Shown here: positions 10,241 through 21,072 of the stretch, in pieces
Numbering within the stretch: position 1 is the first letter of the stretch
Layout of the letters: every line of letters starts with the position of its first letter
Virus record (IMG/VR): IMGVR_UViG_3300035698_018653
Location: 1 to 64,000 of that record
Source: a virus
DNA length: 64,000 nt
Reading direction: 5' to 3' (one strand)
The notes under the pieces: model-generated
Told to the model about the DNA's origin: nothing
The model's input: the letters and a program-made list of their open reading frames with translations, nothing else
Databases searched by the model: none
Program-made: the position numbers and the translations under genes

Positions 10241-10897
10241 TTGAATAAGAATCCATTTGATCTACCCTCTATAAGATCAACCGGAACGTGTAATTCCCGA
10301 AGTAAGGGTGGTTACTGTAAGAATACCGCCGGACTTAGGACCAGCCACCCAGGGAAAGGAAGGTGCCATCTTCATGCTGGACCACTTTATACTTCCCCTT
10401 ATGGTTATGATAAAAAGAAAGTTGTTACTTCTATGACAAAGGATTTGGCCCCCACGCTTCAAGATCAGTTTTCCGAGATAGCGAATGACCCCCTTTCTAA
10501 AAGTCTTGGAAATGAGTTATTGCTTTTAAAAGTCTTACTTAAGAATGTTATTGGTGCCCTGGGGACTGATCCAGAAACTTGGTTAAGGGCGGGTAAGGCG
10601 GGATGGACTGATGCCGATGAGAAGCGCCTCAATCACACTATAAAGCTCTCTCAACAAATCAATATAACTTTCAAGAATATTTCAGAAGCCGAAGTGCGTG
10701 CAAAACAATTACTTGACGTAAAGCAAGTATCATATCTGGTCCAGCAAATAATTTCAATTCTTAATACCGTTTGTAAAGATTGCCCGAAGCGTCAAGAGTT
10801 TGCCAAGAAAATACAGAAGGTTCAAATAGTTCAGCAGAGAGAATATAGAGAGCCAAATGAGGATGAACTTTTAGAAGGTCCAGTAATGAACATATAG
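10241..10897 (+). CDS. Putative terminase small subunit (HGGxSTG-like zinc motif)
   Basis: C..S.SKGGYC...GRCHLHAG followed by a helical region with L..EL.LLKV. This pattern is common in phage small terminases. Confidence 0.55.
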   Translation: MNKNPFDLPSIRSTGTCNSRSKGGYCKNTAGLRTSHPGKGRCHLHAGPLYTSPYGYDKKKVVTSMTKDLAPTLQDQFSEIANDPLSKSLGNELLLLKVLLKNVIGALGTDPETWLRAGKAGWTDADEKRLNHTIKLSQQINITFKNISEAEVRAKQLLDVKQVSYLVQQIISILNTVCKDCPKRQEFAKKIQKVQIVQQREYREPNEDELLEGPVMNI

Positions 10898-10907
10898 GAG
10901 GGGGATT

Positions 10908-11393
10908 ATGACAACTGAAGTTGCTTATTATACGATTAGGATGGCTGCCTTTAGTTTTTCGGGATTAGGCGCACTGATTGCCGTTTTAGGTTTTGTTTTA
11001 AAAGTGAGAAAAAATGGTAATGGAGATGTAAAGAAAAATGGAAATGGAAACGGTACAAAGAGTATGGAAAATTTCCTCAAACAAGAACTGGGTTATCAAT
11101 CAGAGGGTGACGGTAAGGTAAGAAGAAATTTTTTAGATATATTTGAGAATAATAAAATAGTCAATAAAGAAATTAGTGGCATAAAGGTAAGCTGCGAAAA
11201 GCAAAAGGGTGATTTTGGAAAGGACTTAGGGATAGTAAAAACAAAAGTAGAATCAATGGAAATAAGTATAGAGAGAATAGAGAAGGGTCAGGGAGCAACT
11301 CAAAAAATGTTAACAAATCATAAAACAGAGATAAGTCAAGAAATAAGAAGTATTGTAAGCGAAGTAAAAAAGGAAATGAAAAATGGCAGATAA
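10908..11393 (+). CDS. Membrane-anchored coiled-coil protein, holin-like candidate
   Basis: One N-terminal TM helix, located directly upstream of the amidase. Confidence 0.45.
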   Translation: MTTEVAYYTIRMAAFSFSGLGALIAVLGFVLKVRKNGNGDVKKNGNGNGTKSMENFLKQELGYQSEGDGKVRRNFLDIFENNKIVNKEISGIKVSCEKQKGDFGKDLGIVKTKVESMEISIERIEKGQGATQKMLTNHKTEISQEIRSIVSEVKKEMKNGR

Positions 11394-12009
11394 ATTAAAA
11401 GTTGCTTTATCTGTAGGTCATTATAAAGAAAAGCCGGGAGCAGAGAACAATAGCTTTTATTATCCGCTGCACGAATATTATCAATGTTATAAAATAACTA
11501 TGCATTGTGCTTCGAGACTTCAGGATTATGATTATATAGATGTAATTATTTTAGAAGATAAAAACCTTTACGAAAAGAAAAAAATAGTTGATAAAGAAAA
11601 ACCGGATATTATAATAGAGAATCACATGAATTGGAGTAAGATAAAATCTTATTCTGGTATAATGACTATTTATGAAACAAATAATAGTGAAAGTTATTTG
11701 TTATCGAAAATAGTACAAGATAATTTAGTAAAAAAGCTTTTAAGAAAAGACCTGGGAATATTTTCAGATAATGAAGTTCAGAGTTGGAGAAATTGGAGAC
11801 AGTTTTTTATCTTTGATAAGATAGAATATTTTGGAGAAACGATACTTGGAAATACAGTACCAACTATTTTAACAGAAATAGATTTTATAAGCAATAAAGA
11901 TGTAGCAAAAATGCTAGTAAAGGATAATGATTTTATCTCTAAGGCCGGAGAGGGGTTAGCGAATGGGATAAGTGAATATGTAGATGGAATTTTGAACTGT
12001 GGAGTATAA
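11383..12009 (+). CDS. N-acetylmuramoyl-L-alanine amidase (Amidase_3), endolysin
   Basis: SVGH...E, ENHMN and PTILTEIDFISN zinc-amidase motifs. Confidence 0.8.
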   Translation: MADKLKVALSVGHYKEKPGAENNSFYYPLHEYYQCYKITMHCASRLQDYDYIDVIILEDKNLYEKKKIVDKEKPDIIIENHMNWSKIKSYSGIMTIYETNNSESYLLSKIVQDNLVKKLLRKDLGIFSDNEVQSWRNWRQFFIFDKIEYFGETILGNTVPTILTEIDFISNKDVAKMLVKDNDFISKAGEGLANGISEYVDGILNCGV

Positions 12010-12011
12010 GA

Positions 12012-12317
12012 ATGATAAAAAGATTTTTAAAGAAATATTTTGGCATAAGAGATGTAGTTTATATTATTCTCTTAATAGTAATGTCAATGGTTCTTTTGGT
12101 TTTTTATCTTGTAGTAGGACATAAAACAGAAACTATATCCAAGTTAGAATATAAGATAGAATTAAGGGATGAGATATTAAAAATGAATACCTTAAAGGAA
12201 GTTTTAAATAGCAGTTTAAATAAAGAGTATATGGAAATAGCAAATCATAATTTAGAGATGTTAATATTAAGCAGTAAGGGTAATAAAAATAAGAGAATGG
12301 GAGTTGGCGGAAAATAA
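12012..12317 (+). CDS. Membrane protein (spanin-like candidate)
   Basis: N-terminal TM helix plus coiled coil, following the endolysin. Confidence 0.4.
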   Translation: MIKRFLKKYFGIRDVVYIILLIVMSMVLLVFYLVVGHKTETISKLEYKIELRDEILKMNTLKEVLNSSLNKEYMEIANHNLEMLILSSKGNKNKRMGVGGK

Positions 12318-13092
12318 TTTGAAATTAGTCTTCGGACTACAGGTGTTTGAGGAGGTTGATTTTATAGCCTCAGTACTTTTTAATATATATCCCTTTGCTC
12401 ATAAGATCGTGGTCTGTGAGGGCGCATGGAGGGCAAATAAGCAGTTTTTAAAGTATAGTACATCTAAAGATGGTACAATCCCTATTATAAAGAATTTTCC
12501 AGACCCTGACAAGAAAATAGATTTTTTTCATTATTCGGGTTCGTGTCAGACAGATCAAAGACAAGCCTGTTTTAATAGGGCGAAGAAATATTTTGATGAA
12601 AATTCCTGGTATGCACTTTGGGACGGTGATGAATTCGTTGAAAAAAAGAAATTAAAAAGACTTATTGAATTGTTACCTAGACTAAAGAAAGATTGTTATA
12701 ATTTTCCTTGGAGATTATACTGGAATGATTTTTATCATTATGAAAACGGAAAATCTCCCGAAAGATTATACAGGGTAAAAGATGGAATGTATGCTCACGG
12801 AACTTGCGGCATGAAATATAAAAATGGAAGTAAGTTCCAGGCCACTCTTTCAGATCTTCTTCTCTTATATCATCCCAGTTACTGTAGGGACTTAAAAAGA
12901 CACGCAAATAAAATAGAAATGAGAACGATGGATAATAGCAGGAAGTTCCCACACTACATACGAAAGGACAGGGTGTTCCGTGGAAATCAGGCAAGAGAAA
13001 AATGGGTAAAGAGTTTAAATATAGGGACCAAGAAAGAGTTACCGAAAGAGATGAGACAACATCATTTTTCTATTCGACGTTGGGGTTTATAA
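12304..13092 (+). CDS. Glycosyltransferase, GT-A fold
   Basis: IVVCEG, SKDGT and DGDE (DxD) motifs. Confidence 0.75.
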   Translation: MAENNLKLVFGLQVFEEVDFIASVLFNIYPFAHKIVVCEGAWRANKQFLKYSTSKDGTIPIIKNFPDPDKKIDFFHYSGSCQTDQRQACFNRAKKYFDENSWYALWDGDEFVEKKKLKRLIELLPRLKKDCYNFPWRLYWNDFYHYENGKSPERLYRVKDGMYAHGTCGMKYKNGSKFQATLSDLLLLYHPSYCRDLKRHANKIEMRTMDNSRKFPHYIRKDRVFRGNQAREKWVKSLNIGTKKELPKEMRQHHFSIRRWGL

Positions 13093-13096
13093 AATT

Positions 13097-14044
13097 ATGA
13101 AAGTTAAATTATCTTTTAATAAAATTTATAATCTTTATATTAACGAAAAGAAATCATTACGCTATATAGCTAAAAAGTTCAATACTTATCATCGGTTAAT
13201 TAGTTATTTGTTAAGAAAAAATAACGTTAAGGTAAGAAAAAATGGCACTATTACAAGAAAATTAGAATCACACTATAATAAAATTTATGATCTTTATGTC
13301 AATAAGAAAAAAACATGTAAATATATTGGTAATATATTTTGTACCGACGGCAGTATGATAAGGTGTTTATTGAGAAAAAATGATGTTAAAATGAGAGGCA
13401 AGATTAATGTTAATTTTAATAAAGTTTATGATTTATATGTAAATAAAAAGATATTAATAACTTATATTGCTAATAAGCTTAATGTTTCATTCGGGACAAT
13501 AAGAAAAGTATTAATAGAAAACAATATAGAGATAAGGGATGAAAAAATAAAATTACCATATAATAGGGTTTATAATTTGTATATAAATAAAAATAGAACT
13601 TTAAAATACATAGGGAAAAAATTTAATGTTTCTTGCGATACAATTGGAAGGTTTTTAAAAAAACACAATATACCCATAAGACAATCCCGTGAATATAATT
13701 TGGGGAAAAATCATCATAGCTGGAATGGTGGATCTTCTAAATTTCCTTATCCATTTAATTTCAACGAAGATCTAAAAGAGAGTATTAGAGATAGAGATGG
13801 AAGATTATGTCAAATGTGTGGTAAAACAGAGAGGCAAAATTTAAAAGAAAGTGGTCAAAGACTGTGTGTTCATCACATAGATTATAATAAAGAAAATATA
13901 TTTGTTGAAAATCTTATTGCTCTTTGTAGGTATTGTCATTTAAAGACAAATCAAAAAACCAATAGAGAGGTTTGGACTAAATTTTTTAAACCGATAATGT
14001 TTGAAAAATATCCCTTTAAAAAAGTAAAAGTTTTAATAATGTAG
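13097..14044 (+). mobile_element. HNH homing endonuclease with four N-terminal HTH-like repeats
   Basis: Four repeats of Y.LY.N.K....IA.K.N, then RDGRLCQMCG, VHHIDYNKEN and LCRYCH. Confidence 0.85.
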
Positions 14045-14052
14045 GGGAAATT

Positions 14053-14946
14053 ATGAAAAAGAAAATACTTTGCTTGTTTGATATCCCTAATTGGGCATTC
14101 CATCGAATTTGTAGATATATAAAAAAATATAGTAAATTCGATATTGATATATGCAGAATGAGTAAAGTAAAGGTAAAGAAAGATATTTATTCTTATGACC
14201 TTATATTTTCCCTTTTGGATTTTCGTCCGCAGCAACATATTGATTTTGAGTTTCCCTTAGGTAAACTTTTGATTGCGATTCGAAGTGATGTATTTGTAAA
14301 ACAAAAAGATTTCTACAATAATAAAAAGGCAGTAGATAATCTTTGTCTTGGTTATATATGTTCAAATCAACATTTATATAATAAGTTTAAAGAAAAAGGA
14401 CATAAAGCCTGGATGGTTGAGGGTGGTGTAGACCATAGATTATTTTGCCCAAATAAGCGCGATCAATTACATTACCCTATTCGTATTGGCTGGGCAGGTT
14501 CTTCTAAACATTTTACACAATGGCGTGGATTTGATATTATACAAGAAGCTTGTAAGCGTGGTGGTTTTATATGGAATCCAGCATTCAGGGAGCAGCGTTT
14601 CAGGCCCGAAAAAGAAATGGTTAAGTACTACCAAGACGAAATAGATGTATACGTGGACCTTGATACTCGTGGGGGGCGTCAAAATGGACTTTTAGAAGCC
14701 GCTAGTTGTGGAAAATTTGTTATAGCCATTAAAGGTGATTATGGAATAAATAACAAGCTAATAAGACATAGAGAAAACGGATTGTTAATTAATAGAAGTA
14801 TAAGGGGCGTTTTGAAAGGTATAAAAGAAATAGTAAAATGTCCTGAATATAAGAAAGAGGCAAGAAAGGAAGTTTTAAAAGAGTGGACGTGGGAAAAACA
14901 TGTAGAAGCTTTTGATAAAGTCTTCGAGGAGGTATTGAATAAATGA
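14053..14946 (+). CDS. Glycosyltransferase, GT-B (GT4-like)
   Basis: GGVDHRLF, IGWAGS, LLEAASCG and ENGLLI. Confidence 0.8.
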   Translation: MKKKILCLFDIPNWAFHRICRYIKKYSKFDIDICRMSKVKVKKDIYSYDLIFSLLDFRPQQHIDFEFPLGKLLIAIRSDVFVKQKDFYNNKKAVDNLCLGYICSNQHLYNKFKEKGHKAWMVEGGVDHRLFCPNKRDQLHYPIRIGWAGSSKHFTQWRGFDIIQEACKRGGFIWNPAFREQRFRPEKEMVKYYQDEIDVYVDLDTRGGRQNGLLEAASCGKFVIAIKGDYGINNKLIRHRENGLLINRSIRGVLKGIKEIVKCPEYKKEARKEVLKEWTWEKHVEAFDKVFEEVLNK

Positions 14947-15902
14947 TTAATATACTTTATCTCTGTCCAAAACAAATCGAACAACACAAAATGTCAAGGG
15001 TGCGATTTCACGGAATAGATTTTATTGCAAAGCACAAAGAGGTAATTTTACAAAGTTTATATCCAGATAAAGACATAAATGTTTTAGGTATGGTAATTTA
15101 TTCGAGCTTTAAACCAGATTTAATAGTTGCTTATAAACTTCACGAAATGAATAACTATAAAGAACTTGTAAAATACTGTAATAAAAATAATACACCTATT
15201 TGCCTTAGATATAATGAACAATATGATCGAAAGAAAACTACTCAGCAGATAAATGATAGCGGAGCAAGTATTGTTATTTCTCATCATGAAAACGATTATA
15301 AATGGTTTAATAAAAACTATAAAGATAAAAAAGTAAAATTTTATAATATTCCCCACGGAGCCAACGAAAATATTTTTCATGATTATGGTAGCACTCGCAA
15401 GACCGACGTGTTACTTGTGGGGCGTGCGACACCTAAGCACTACCCGCTGCGGGTGCGTCAAAAAGAATGGATAAGGAAATTAAGTAGGATGGGGTATAGC
15501 GCTAAAATACATCAGCACCCAGGGTATAATATTAGAAATGTAAATAAGGATGATATATTAAGAGAGTATGCAAAAGAAATTAATAGCTCAAAAATAGTTT
15601 TATCTTGTTCGAGTAGGTATTTTTACCTGCTTGGTAAGTATTCCGAAACGATGCTATGCAATTCATTATTATGTGCTGATAAACCAGATGATAATAATAT
15701 TCCAGACATTGAAAATAAAATGATGATTATAAATCCAAAAGAAGATGACGCTAAAATTATTTATAAAATATCAGCAATGTTAGGACAAAGAAAAGAGAGA
15801 AAAAGATTAACTGGAAATGGCAGAAAGTTTGCAGAAAAGAATCTCACTATGACTTGCTATGCAAATAAATTTATAAATGCTTTTAAAGACTTTAAAAAAT
15901 GA
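14943..15902 (+). CDS. Glycosyltransferase, GT-B (CgeB/Glyco_trans_1_2-like)
   Basis: IPHGANENIF, YPLR, YAKEINSSKI, KYSE and GRKFA. Confidence 0.75.
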   Translation: MINILYLCPKQIEQHKMSRVRFHGIDFIAKHKEVILQSLYPDKDINVLGMVIYSSFKPDLIVAYKLHEMNNYKELVKYCNKNNTPICLRYNEQYDRKKTTQQINDSGASIVISHHENDYKWFNKNYKDKKVKFYNIPHGANENIFHDYGSTRKTDVLLVGRATPKHYPLRVRQKEWIRKLSRMGYSAKIHQHPGYNIRNVNKDDILREYAKEINSSKIVLSCSSRYFYLLGKYSETMLCNSLLCADKPDDNNIPDIENKMMIINPKEDDAKIIYKISAMLGQRKERKRLTGNGRKFAEKNLTMTCYANKFINAFKDFKK

Positions 15903-16549
15903 GAGTCAACTTTTTCGATTTGGGAATGTATAATGGTGTAGTAACAAACATGTTTATAAATAATTTCGAAAGAATAGGGCTTGACTATAGGGTGTATGGA
16001 TTTGAACCATTAACTAAGCACTATAATCATTTAAATAGAATATTTAAGGATAACGAAAAAGTTTTTATAAGAAATAGAGCTATATCAAATATAAATTCAA
16101 AAAAAAGACTTTTTTATTGTAAGAATGAGCTTGGATATTCATTGTTTAATGATCATGAAAGTGTAAATTCAGGTTATGAGATGGTAAAAACAATAAAGTT
16201 TAGCGATTGGTTTAAGAAAAAATTTAAATATAAAAGGCATACAAACGATTACTTAATTATAAAAGCGGATATAGAGGGCGCAGAATATTATTTATTTGAT
16301 GACCTAATGAATAATAATCTAATGAAGTATTTTGATATATTTATTGGCGACGGATATATGGATATAAAGAAAGTCAAAAGATTTAAGTCAAAAGCCAAAT
16401 CATATATCGAAAATATAAAGAATCATATAAATGAGGTGGGTGCGGTTTATTATAGAGTTAATAGTAGAATGAATAAGAATATGATAAAGGTAAGAAGAAG
16501 ATTGAGAGCGTATAAAAACATAATACAAATTAGTAAGGAAAACAAATGA
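15899..16549 (+). CDS. FkbM-family SAM methyltransferase
   Basis: FDLGMYNG, YGFEP and KADIEGAEY. Confidence 0.85.
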   Translation: MRVNFFDLGMYNGVVTNMFINNFERIGLDYRVYGFEPLTKHYNHLNRIFKDNEKVFIRNRAISNINSKKRLFYCKNELGYSLFNDHESVNSGYEMVKTIKFSDWFKKKFKYKRHTNDYLIIKADIEGAEYYLFDDLMNNNLMKYFDIFIGDGYMDIKKVKRFKSKAKSYIENIKNHINEVGAVYYRVNSRMNKNMIKVRRRLRAYKNIIQISKENK

Positions 16550-17487
16550 AATGTCTTGCGTATTTATCCGGTGATCAGAACTTCGCCTCTTCCAGGATTA
16601 GGTTTTATAGAACACTGAAGTATCTGGAAAAGAAAGAAATATATTTTGATATATATCAAGGAACTGTAAAGCAGAAGATAAATGCTTTTTCTAGTTGGAT
16701 AAAGTTTTATGATTGCCTGTATGTTCAGAAACGTTGTGATGGAAAAGTAATTGCTTTATGTAAGCAGTTTATCGAAAGAAAGAAGCCGGTAATTTATGAT
16801 GTTGATGTTGCTATTGCAGATATGACTCCCCATCAAGAATGGGTTCTTAAATACTGCTCTGCAGTAATAGTAAATACCAATACCTGTTGTGAGATAGTAA
16901 GGAAAAAGAATAAAAGAGTTTATGTTATTCAAGACGCTATTGATTATGCAGATAAAAAGAAAAGAGTAAAGATAAAAGAAAATATTGATACTGTAGGCAC
17001 GTTTTTTGGAAGTAATATAAATTATGTAAATTGGACGAAGCAGTATATGAACAAGTTGCACTCTATTAATAAAGTATATATAACCGGAAAGAAAGGTGCA
17101 GGGATTAATGGAAATTTTGTAAGGTGGAGTTTACAATCGTTTTCTAATGAGCTTAGAAAATTTGATATCTGTATCCTTATTCATCCAGAGAGCGAGTACG
17201 GGAACCTGAAGAGCACTAACCGCTTGACTACTGCGATGGCATTCGGAATTCCATGCCTTGTGAGCAATACAAGTTCTTATGTTAAAATAATAGAAGATGT
17301 AGGATATAAAAAGCAATTAGTTGTTAATTCTCCAGATGAAATACAAATGAAGTTTAATTTGTTAAAGTTTAATTTTAAGTTAAGGGAAGAAATATCAAAG
17401 AAGTTTTTTGATTATGCTTGGAAATATTTTGCTCCCGAAAAGATAGCAGATGATGTTGCTAATGTTTTTAAAGGGGTGGTAAAGTGA
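16546..17487 (+). CDS. Glycosyltransferase, GT-B
   Basis: ASSRIR, IYDVD and KSTNRLTTAMAFGIPCLVS. Confidence 0.75.
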   Translation: MKCLAYLSGDQNFASSRIRFYRTLKYLEKKEIYFDIYQGTVKQKINAFSSWIKFYDCLYVQKRCDGKVIALCKQFIERKKPVIYDVDVAIADMTPHQEWVLKYCSAVIVNTNTCCEIVRKKNKRVYVIQDAIDYADKKKRVKIKENIDTVGTFFGSNINYVNWTKQYMNKLHSINKVYITGKKGAGINGNFVRWSLQSFSNELRKFDICILIHPESEYGNLKSTNRLTTAMAFGIPCLVSNTSSYVKIIEDVGYKKQLVVNSPDEIQMKFNLLKFNFKLREEISKKFFDYAWKYFAPEKIADDVANVFKGVVK

Positions 17488-18467
17488 TAGTAATTAGTAT
17501 AAATAAACAACCCACTGCTGTAAATAGAGCTTATGGTGGCATGGGCCATTTTTTAAATTCTTTGGTTAGATTTATAAATGAAAAAAACAAGAAAAATTTA
17601 ATTCCAAAATATAAAATTATTCACGAGCTTAAAAAAGAAACAGATGTAATTATTTTCATGTCTAACAGAAAATATAAAACAACTTTCTGGATTGACGATG
17701 TTAAAAATCATTTAAGAAAATACGGAAAGAAAAGAATTATACATAGAGTTAATGATTGCGATAAACCAAGAGATTCAGATGAGATGGATAAAGCTGTTTT
17801 AAGAATATCAAATTTTAATCCTTATCATATATTTGTAAGTAATTGGGTGAAAGAATATTATGAAAATAAAGGATTGAAAATAAGAGATCATTCTGTAATA
17901 GAAAATTATCCAAATGTAAGATATTTTAATTTAAAATATGTAAAGCATAGGTTTGATGAACCTTTAAAAATTATTACCCATCATTATTCGAAGAACTATC
18001 AGAAGGGGCATAAGACTTATGAGATGCTTGATAGTTATTTATTAAAGAATAAGGATTTGGGAAGTTTTACGTATATGGGTAATAGACCAAAAAACCGCCT
18101 AGAGTACACCTGTAAGCTCGTTAGAGCGGTCCAATATAGGCATATCGCGAAGCACTTAAAGAAAAATAATGTCTATGTATCGGGTGCTAGATACGAGTCA
18201 GGCCCAAATCATATAACGGAAGCTATTTTTTGCGGATTGATTCCGGTAGTATCTGTTGAGGGTGGTGCTTGTGTTGAATACGTAAAAGATTTTGGAGTTG
18301 TATATAAAAACTTTTCCGAACTAATTAGTGGGTTGGAGGCGTTAAGGCACGACAATAAATTCTTTAATGAAAAAAAGAATAAGGTTGCAAATTATATTAC
18401 AGATAAATCACACAAGCTAATGTGTAAGAAATATTTTGATATAATTATGGGAGAAAATAATGCCTAA
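17484..18467 (+). CDS. Glycosyltransferase, GT-B (GT4-like)
   Basis: GG, IFVSNW, KG and ESGPNHITEAIFCGL. Confidence 0.8.
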   Translation: MIVISINKQPTAVNRAYGGMGHFLNSLVRFINEKNKKNLIPKYKIIHELKKETDVIIFMSNRKYKTTFWIDDVKNHLRKYGKKRIIHRVNDCDKPRDSDEMDKAVLRISNFNPYHIFVSNWVKEYYENKGLKIRDHSVIENYPNVRYFNLKYVKHRFDEPLKIITHHYSKNYQKGHKTYEMLDSYLLKNKDLGSFTYMGNRPKNRLEYTCKLVRAVQYRHIAKHLKKNNVYVSGARYESGPNHITEAIFCGLIPVVSVEGGACVEYVKDFGVVYKNFSELISGLEALRHDNKFFNEKKNKVANYITDKSHKLMCKKYFDIIMGENNA

Positions 18468-19125
18468 AGTTTTGCTTTTTGATATTGGAATGAATCAGGG
18501 CAGGACATCTTTAATGTTTGTTAATAGTTTTAATAACATTGGTGTTGAGTACGAGATACATGGTTTTGAACCCATGGTTTATCTTTGTGATATAGCAAAG
18601 AAACGTTTTAAGGATAATGAAAATATTTTTATTTACAACTGTGCATTAACAGATAGTAACGGAAAGGCGAAAGTTTATTTTTGTAGAAATAATGTAGGGC
18701 ATTCGATATTCGAGGATCATGCAGGAATAAAGAAAGGATTATTTCAAGAAGTTGATTCATACAAGTTTTCAGATTGGCTGATAGAGAATATAGGATTTAA
18801 GAGGTTAGAAGAAAATTATGTAATATTAAAGGTAAATGCTGAGGGTGCAGAGTATCATATATTTAAAGATTTATTTGAAACAAAAATGATAAAATATTTT
18901 AAGATAGTTACTGGTGATGATTTTAGTGATATAGATAAGATAAAGAGTATTGAAAATGGTAAGAAATTTCGTGAGGATATATTTAAAATACTTTATAATT
19001 ATAATATATTCTATTATAGAATAACAAGATTTAGAGGTGCAAACATGATGAAGGTAAGAAGAAGGATAAGACGCTGGCTAGATGGAAAAATAGAAACTCC
19101 AGGAAGGATAGACGAAGATGATTAA
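18460..19125 (+). CDS. FkbM-family SAM methyltransferase (paralog of 15899)
   Basis: FDIGMNQG, HGFEP and KVNAEGAEY. Shares the C-terminal NMxKVRRR motif with 15899. Confidence 0.85.
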   Translation: MPKVLLFDIGMNQGRTSLMFVNSFNNIGVEYEIHGFEPMVYLCDIAKKRFKDNENIFIYNCALTDSNGKAKVYFCRNNVGHSIFEDHAGIKKGLFQEVDSYKFSDWLIENIGFKRLEENYVILKVNAEGAEYHIFKDLFETKMIKYFKIVTGDDFSDIDKIKSIENGKKFREDIFKILYNYNIFYYRITRFRGANMMKVRRRIRRWLDGKIETPGRIDEDD

Positions 19126-19738
19126 ATTTAAGCATTATAAGTTTGATGATATAGTTTCTTCTTCTAAAAAGAAAACAAGCAGTGGAAGGAATGCTTTTTT
19201 TCATATGAAAGAATATGATTTTTTAATGACAAGAAAGAATCCAAATGTCCTTGAGTTTGGGGTTGCGCTTGGTTATTCAACTTGCGTTTTTATAAATGCT
19301 GTTGAGAAAACCGGTGGCTTTCTTTACTCTTGTGACATTATTGATTGCGGAGACAGAGTAATAGGAAGTGGAAAGTGGAAGTTTATAAAATGTGATGACA
19401 GAAATGTAAATGTTATTATGCAAAGTGGTAGAATAAAAAAGTTTGATCTAATTCATATAGATAGCTTTATTGATTATCAAAAATCTAATTCTCACGTTAT
19501 AGAACTTTTAGAGAAGTGGAGCAAGTATCTTGTTAAGGGCGGTATAATAACGGTAAGAGGTGTTGACAATACTCCATACAAAAAAGGCGGCAGGAAAGAA
19601 AATTATAGAAAAGCTTTAATGTATGAGAGGGTACACGAAGGAATAGAGACGTTTTTAGAAGACAATAAAGGGTTATTTAAAGCTGAGTTTTTATACGGGT
19701 CAGTAGGAATGGCTTATTTAATAAAATTAAAGGATTGA
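19118..19738 (+). CDS. Class I SAM methyltransferase (Methyltransf_24-like)
   Basis: VLEFGVALGYST, FDLIHID and LVKGGII. Confidence 0.8.
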   Translation: MIKFKHYKFDDIVSSSKKKTSSGRNAFFHMKEYDFLMTRKNPNVLEFGVALGYSTCVFINAVEKTGGFLYSCDIIDCGDRVIGSGKWKFIKCDDRNVNVIMQSGRIKKFDLIHIDSFIDYQKSNSHVIELLEKWSKYLVKGGIITVRGVDNTPYKKGGRKENYRKALMYERVHEGIETFLEDNKGLFKAEFLYGSVGMAYLIKLKD

Positions 19739-19742
19739 AAAT

Positions 19743-20345
19743 TTGAATAAATGGTTACTAGAATATTATTTAAAAATAATATTAGATGCTACTGGTAAAA
19801 ATTTAATTGATTTAAGAGTAAATAGAATATATAATAAAAAATTAGATATTGAAAACGCTTGTAGTTGGGGGTATAATCAAATAATAAAGCCTAGCTGTAG
19901 TATATTGAAAGCTTATGAAAAACATGGAAGAGAATATGATTTTACAAATTCAAGATACTGGAAAATGATTAAATATAGGAATAGAAAACATTAGATAAGT
20001 CCACCAAAAAATAAATTAAATGAATTTCTTAGTTTGTATGAAAGCATTAAAGATAATGGATTTGTGCGTAACAAAAAAGATATGATTGTATTTTTTGATT
20101 TAAAAAATATTTTACCGCTATTTAATTCAAATAAAATTAAAGACAGTATGAAAAGAAAAAAATATATTTATCAGAAAAAACCAGTTAGATATTTTAGGGT
20201 AGGTGGAAATCATAGATGTTCTATAATGAAATTTTTAGGTAAAGATAGTGTTTATTCTAAAATTATAGAACTTGATTTTGCAGATAAGTATCATATTGAA
20301 AAAACAAGTATAGCGTGTTTATCTTGCAAGAAAAATAAATTATAG
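19743..20345 (+). pseudogene. ParB/Srx-like protein split by an in-frame TAG at 19992-19994
   Basis: ORFs 19743-19994 and 20034-20345 share a frame with only the TAG between them. FLSLYESIKDNGF and GGNHR are ParB-like. Confidence 0.55.
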
Positions 20346-20354
20346 AGGTTGATT

Positions 20355-20888
20355 ATGAAAAATAAGATAACAGAATTTATAAGGACCAGGAGAAGCGCTG
20401 GAGCTTTTGATATGTATAAAGAAGTACCCAACGCTTTAATATTTAAAATAATCGAGACTGGTTTATCTGCACCCTCAGCTTGCGATATTCAAGGATGGAG
20501 ATTTCTTGTTATTAAGGACGACAGTGTAAGAAAGCAATTAAGAAATATTGGATTTAGAAAACTTAGAAATTGTCCCGTTGGAATATTTGTTTTTTATTCA
20601 GATGAATTTGTTAATTATGAATATCAAGATCATATTCAAAGCGCTGCCGCCGGTATTCAGAATATGTTATTGGAAGCCCATAATTTAGGGCTTGGTGCTA
20701 GATGGATTTGTGATATTTCAGATAGGAGGAAGATATGTAAGATATTAAATATTCCAAAGGGATTTCAGCCGATAGCATTAGTCAAGGTGGGATATGAGCA
20801 AAAAAGAAATGTAAGTTTTAAGGCATATAAAAGAAATATATTAAACACAGTTCATTTTGATAAATATAACAAGGAGAAAAGTTGGTGA
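20355..20888 (+). CDS. Nitroreductase-family flavoprotein
   Basis: IRTRRS, APSA...QGWRFLVI, QNMLLEAHNLGLGARW and VGY. Confidence 0.9.
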   Translation: MKNKITEFIRTRRSAGAFDMYKEVPNALIFKIIETGLSAPSACDIQGWRFLVIKDDSVRKQLRNIGFRKLRNCPVGIFVFYSDEFVNYEYQDHIQSAAAGIQNMLLEAHNLGLGARWICDISDRRKICKILNIPKGFQPIALVKVGYEQKRNVSFKAYKRNILNTVHFDKYNKEKSW

Positions 20889-21070
20889 GAAAAGTTTTAT
20901 TATTTGCATTAATTCTTATTGGGGGTTGCTCCAATCATAAGGCAATACATAAAAATATATTAAAGGAGGAAGTAAGAATAAGCTTGGAGATAGATAGTTT
21001 GAAAGTAAAGCAAAAAGAAATAATAAGATTGTTAGACATAGAAACGCTCAAAGAAATCAAAGGAGAGTAA
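20882..21070 (+). CDS. Putative lipoprotein
   Basis: Signal-like hydrophobic stretch followed by a lipobox-like IGGC. Confidence 0.5.
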   Translation: MVRKVLLFALILIGGCSNHKAIHKNILKEEVRISLEIDSLKVKQKEIIRLLDIETLKEIKGE

Positions 21071-21072
21071 AG

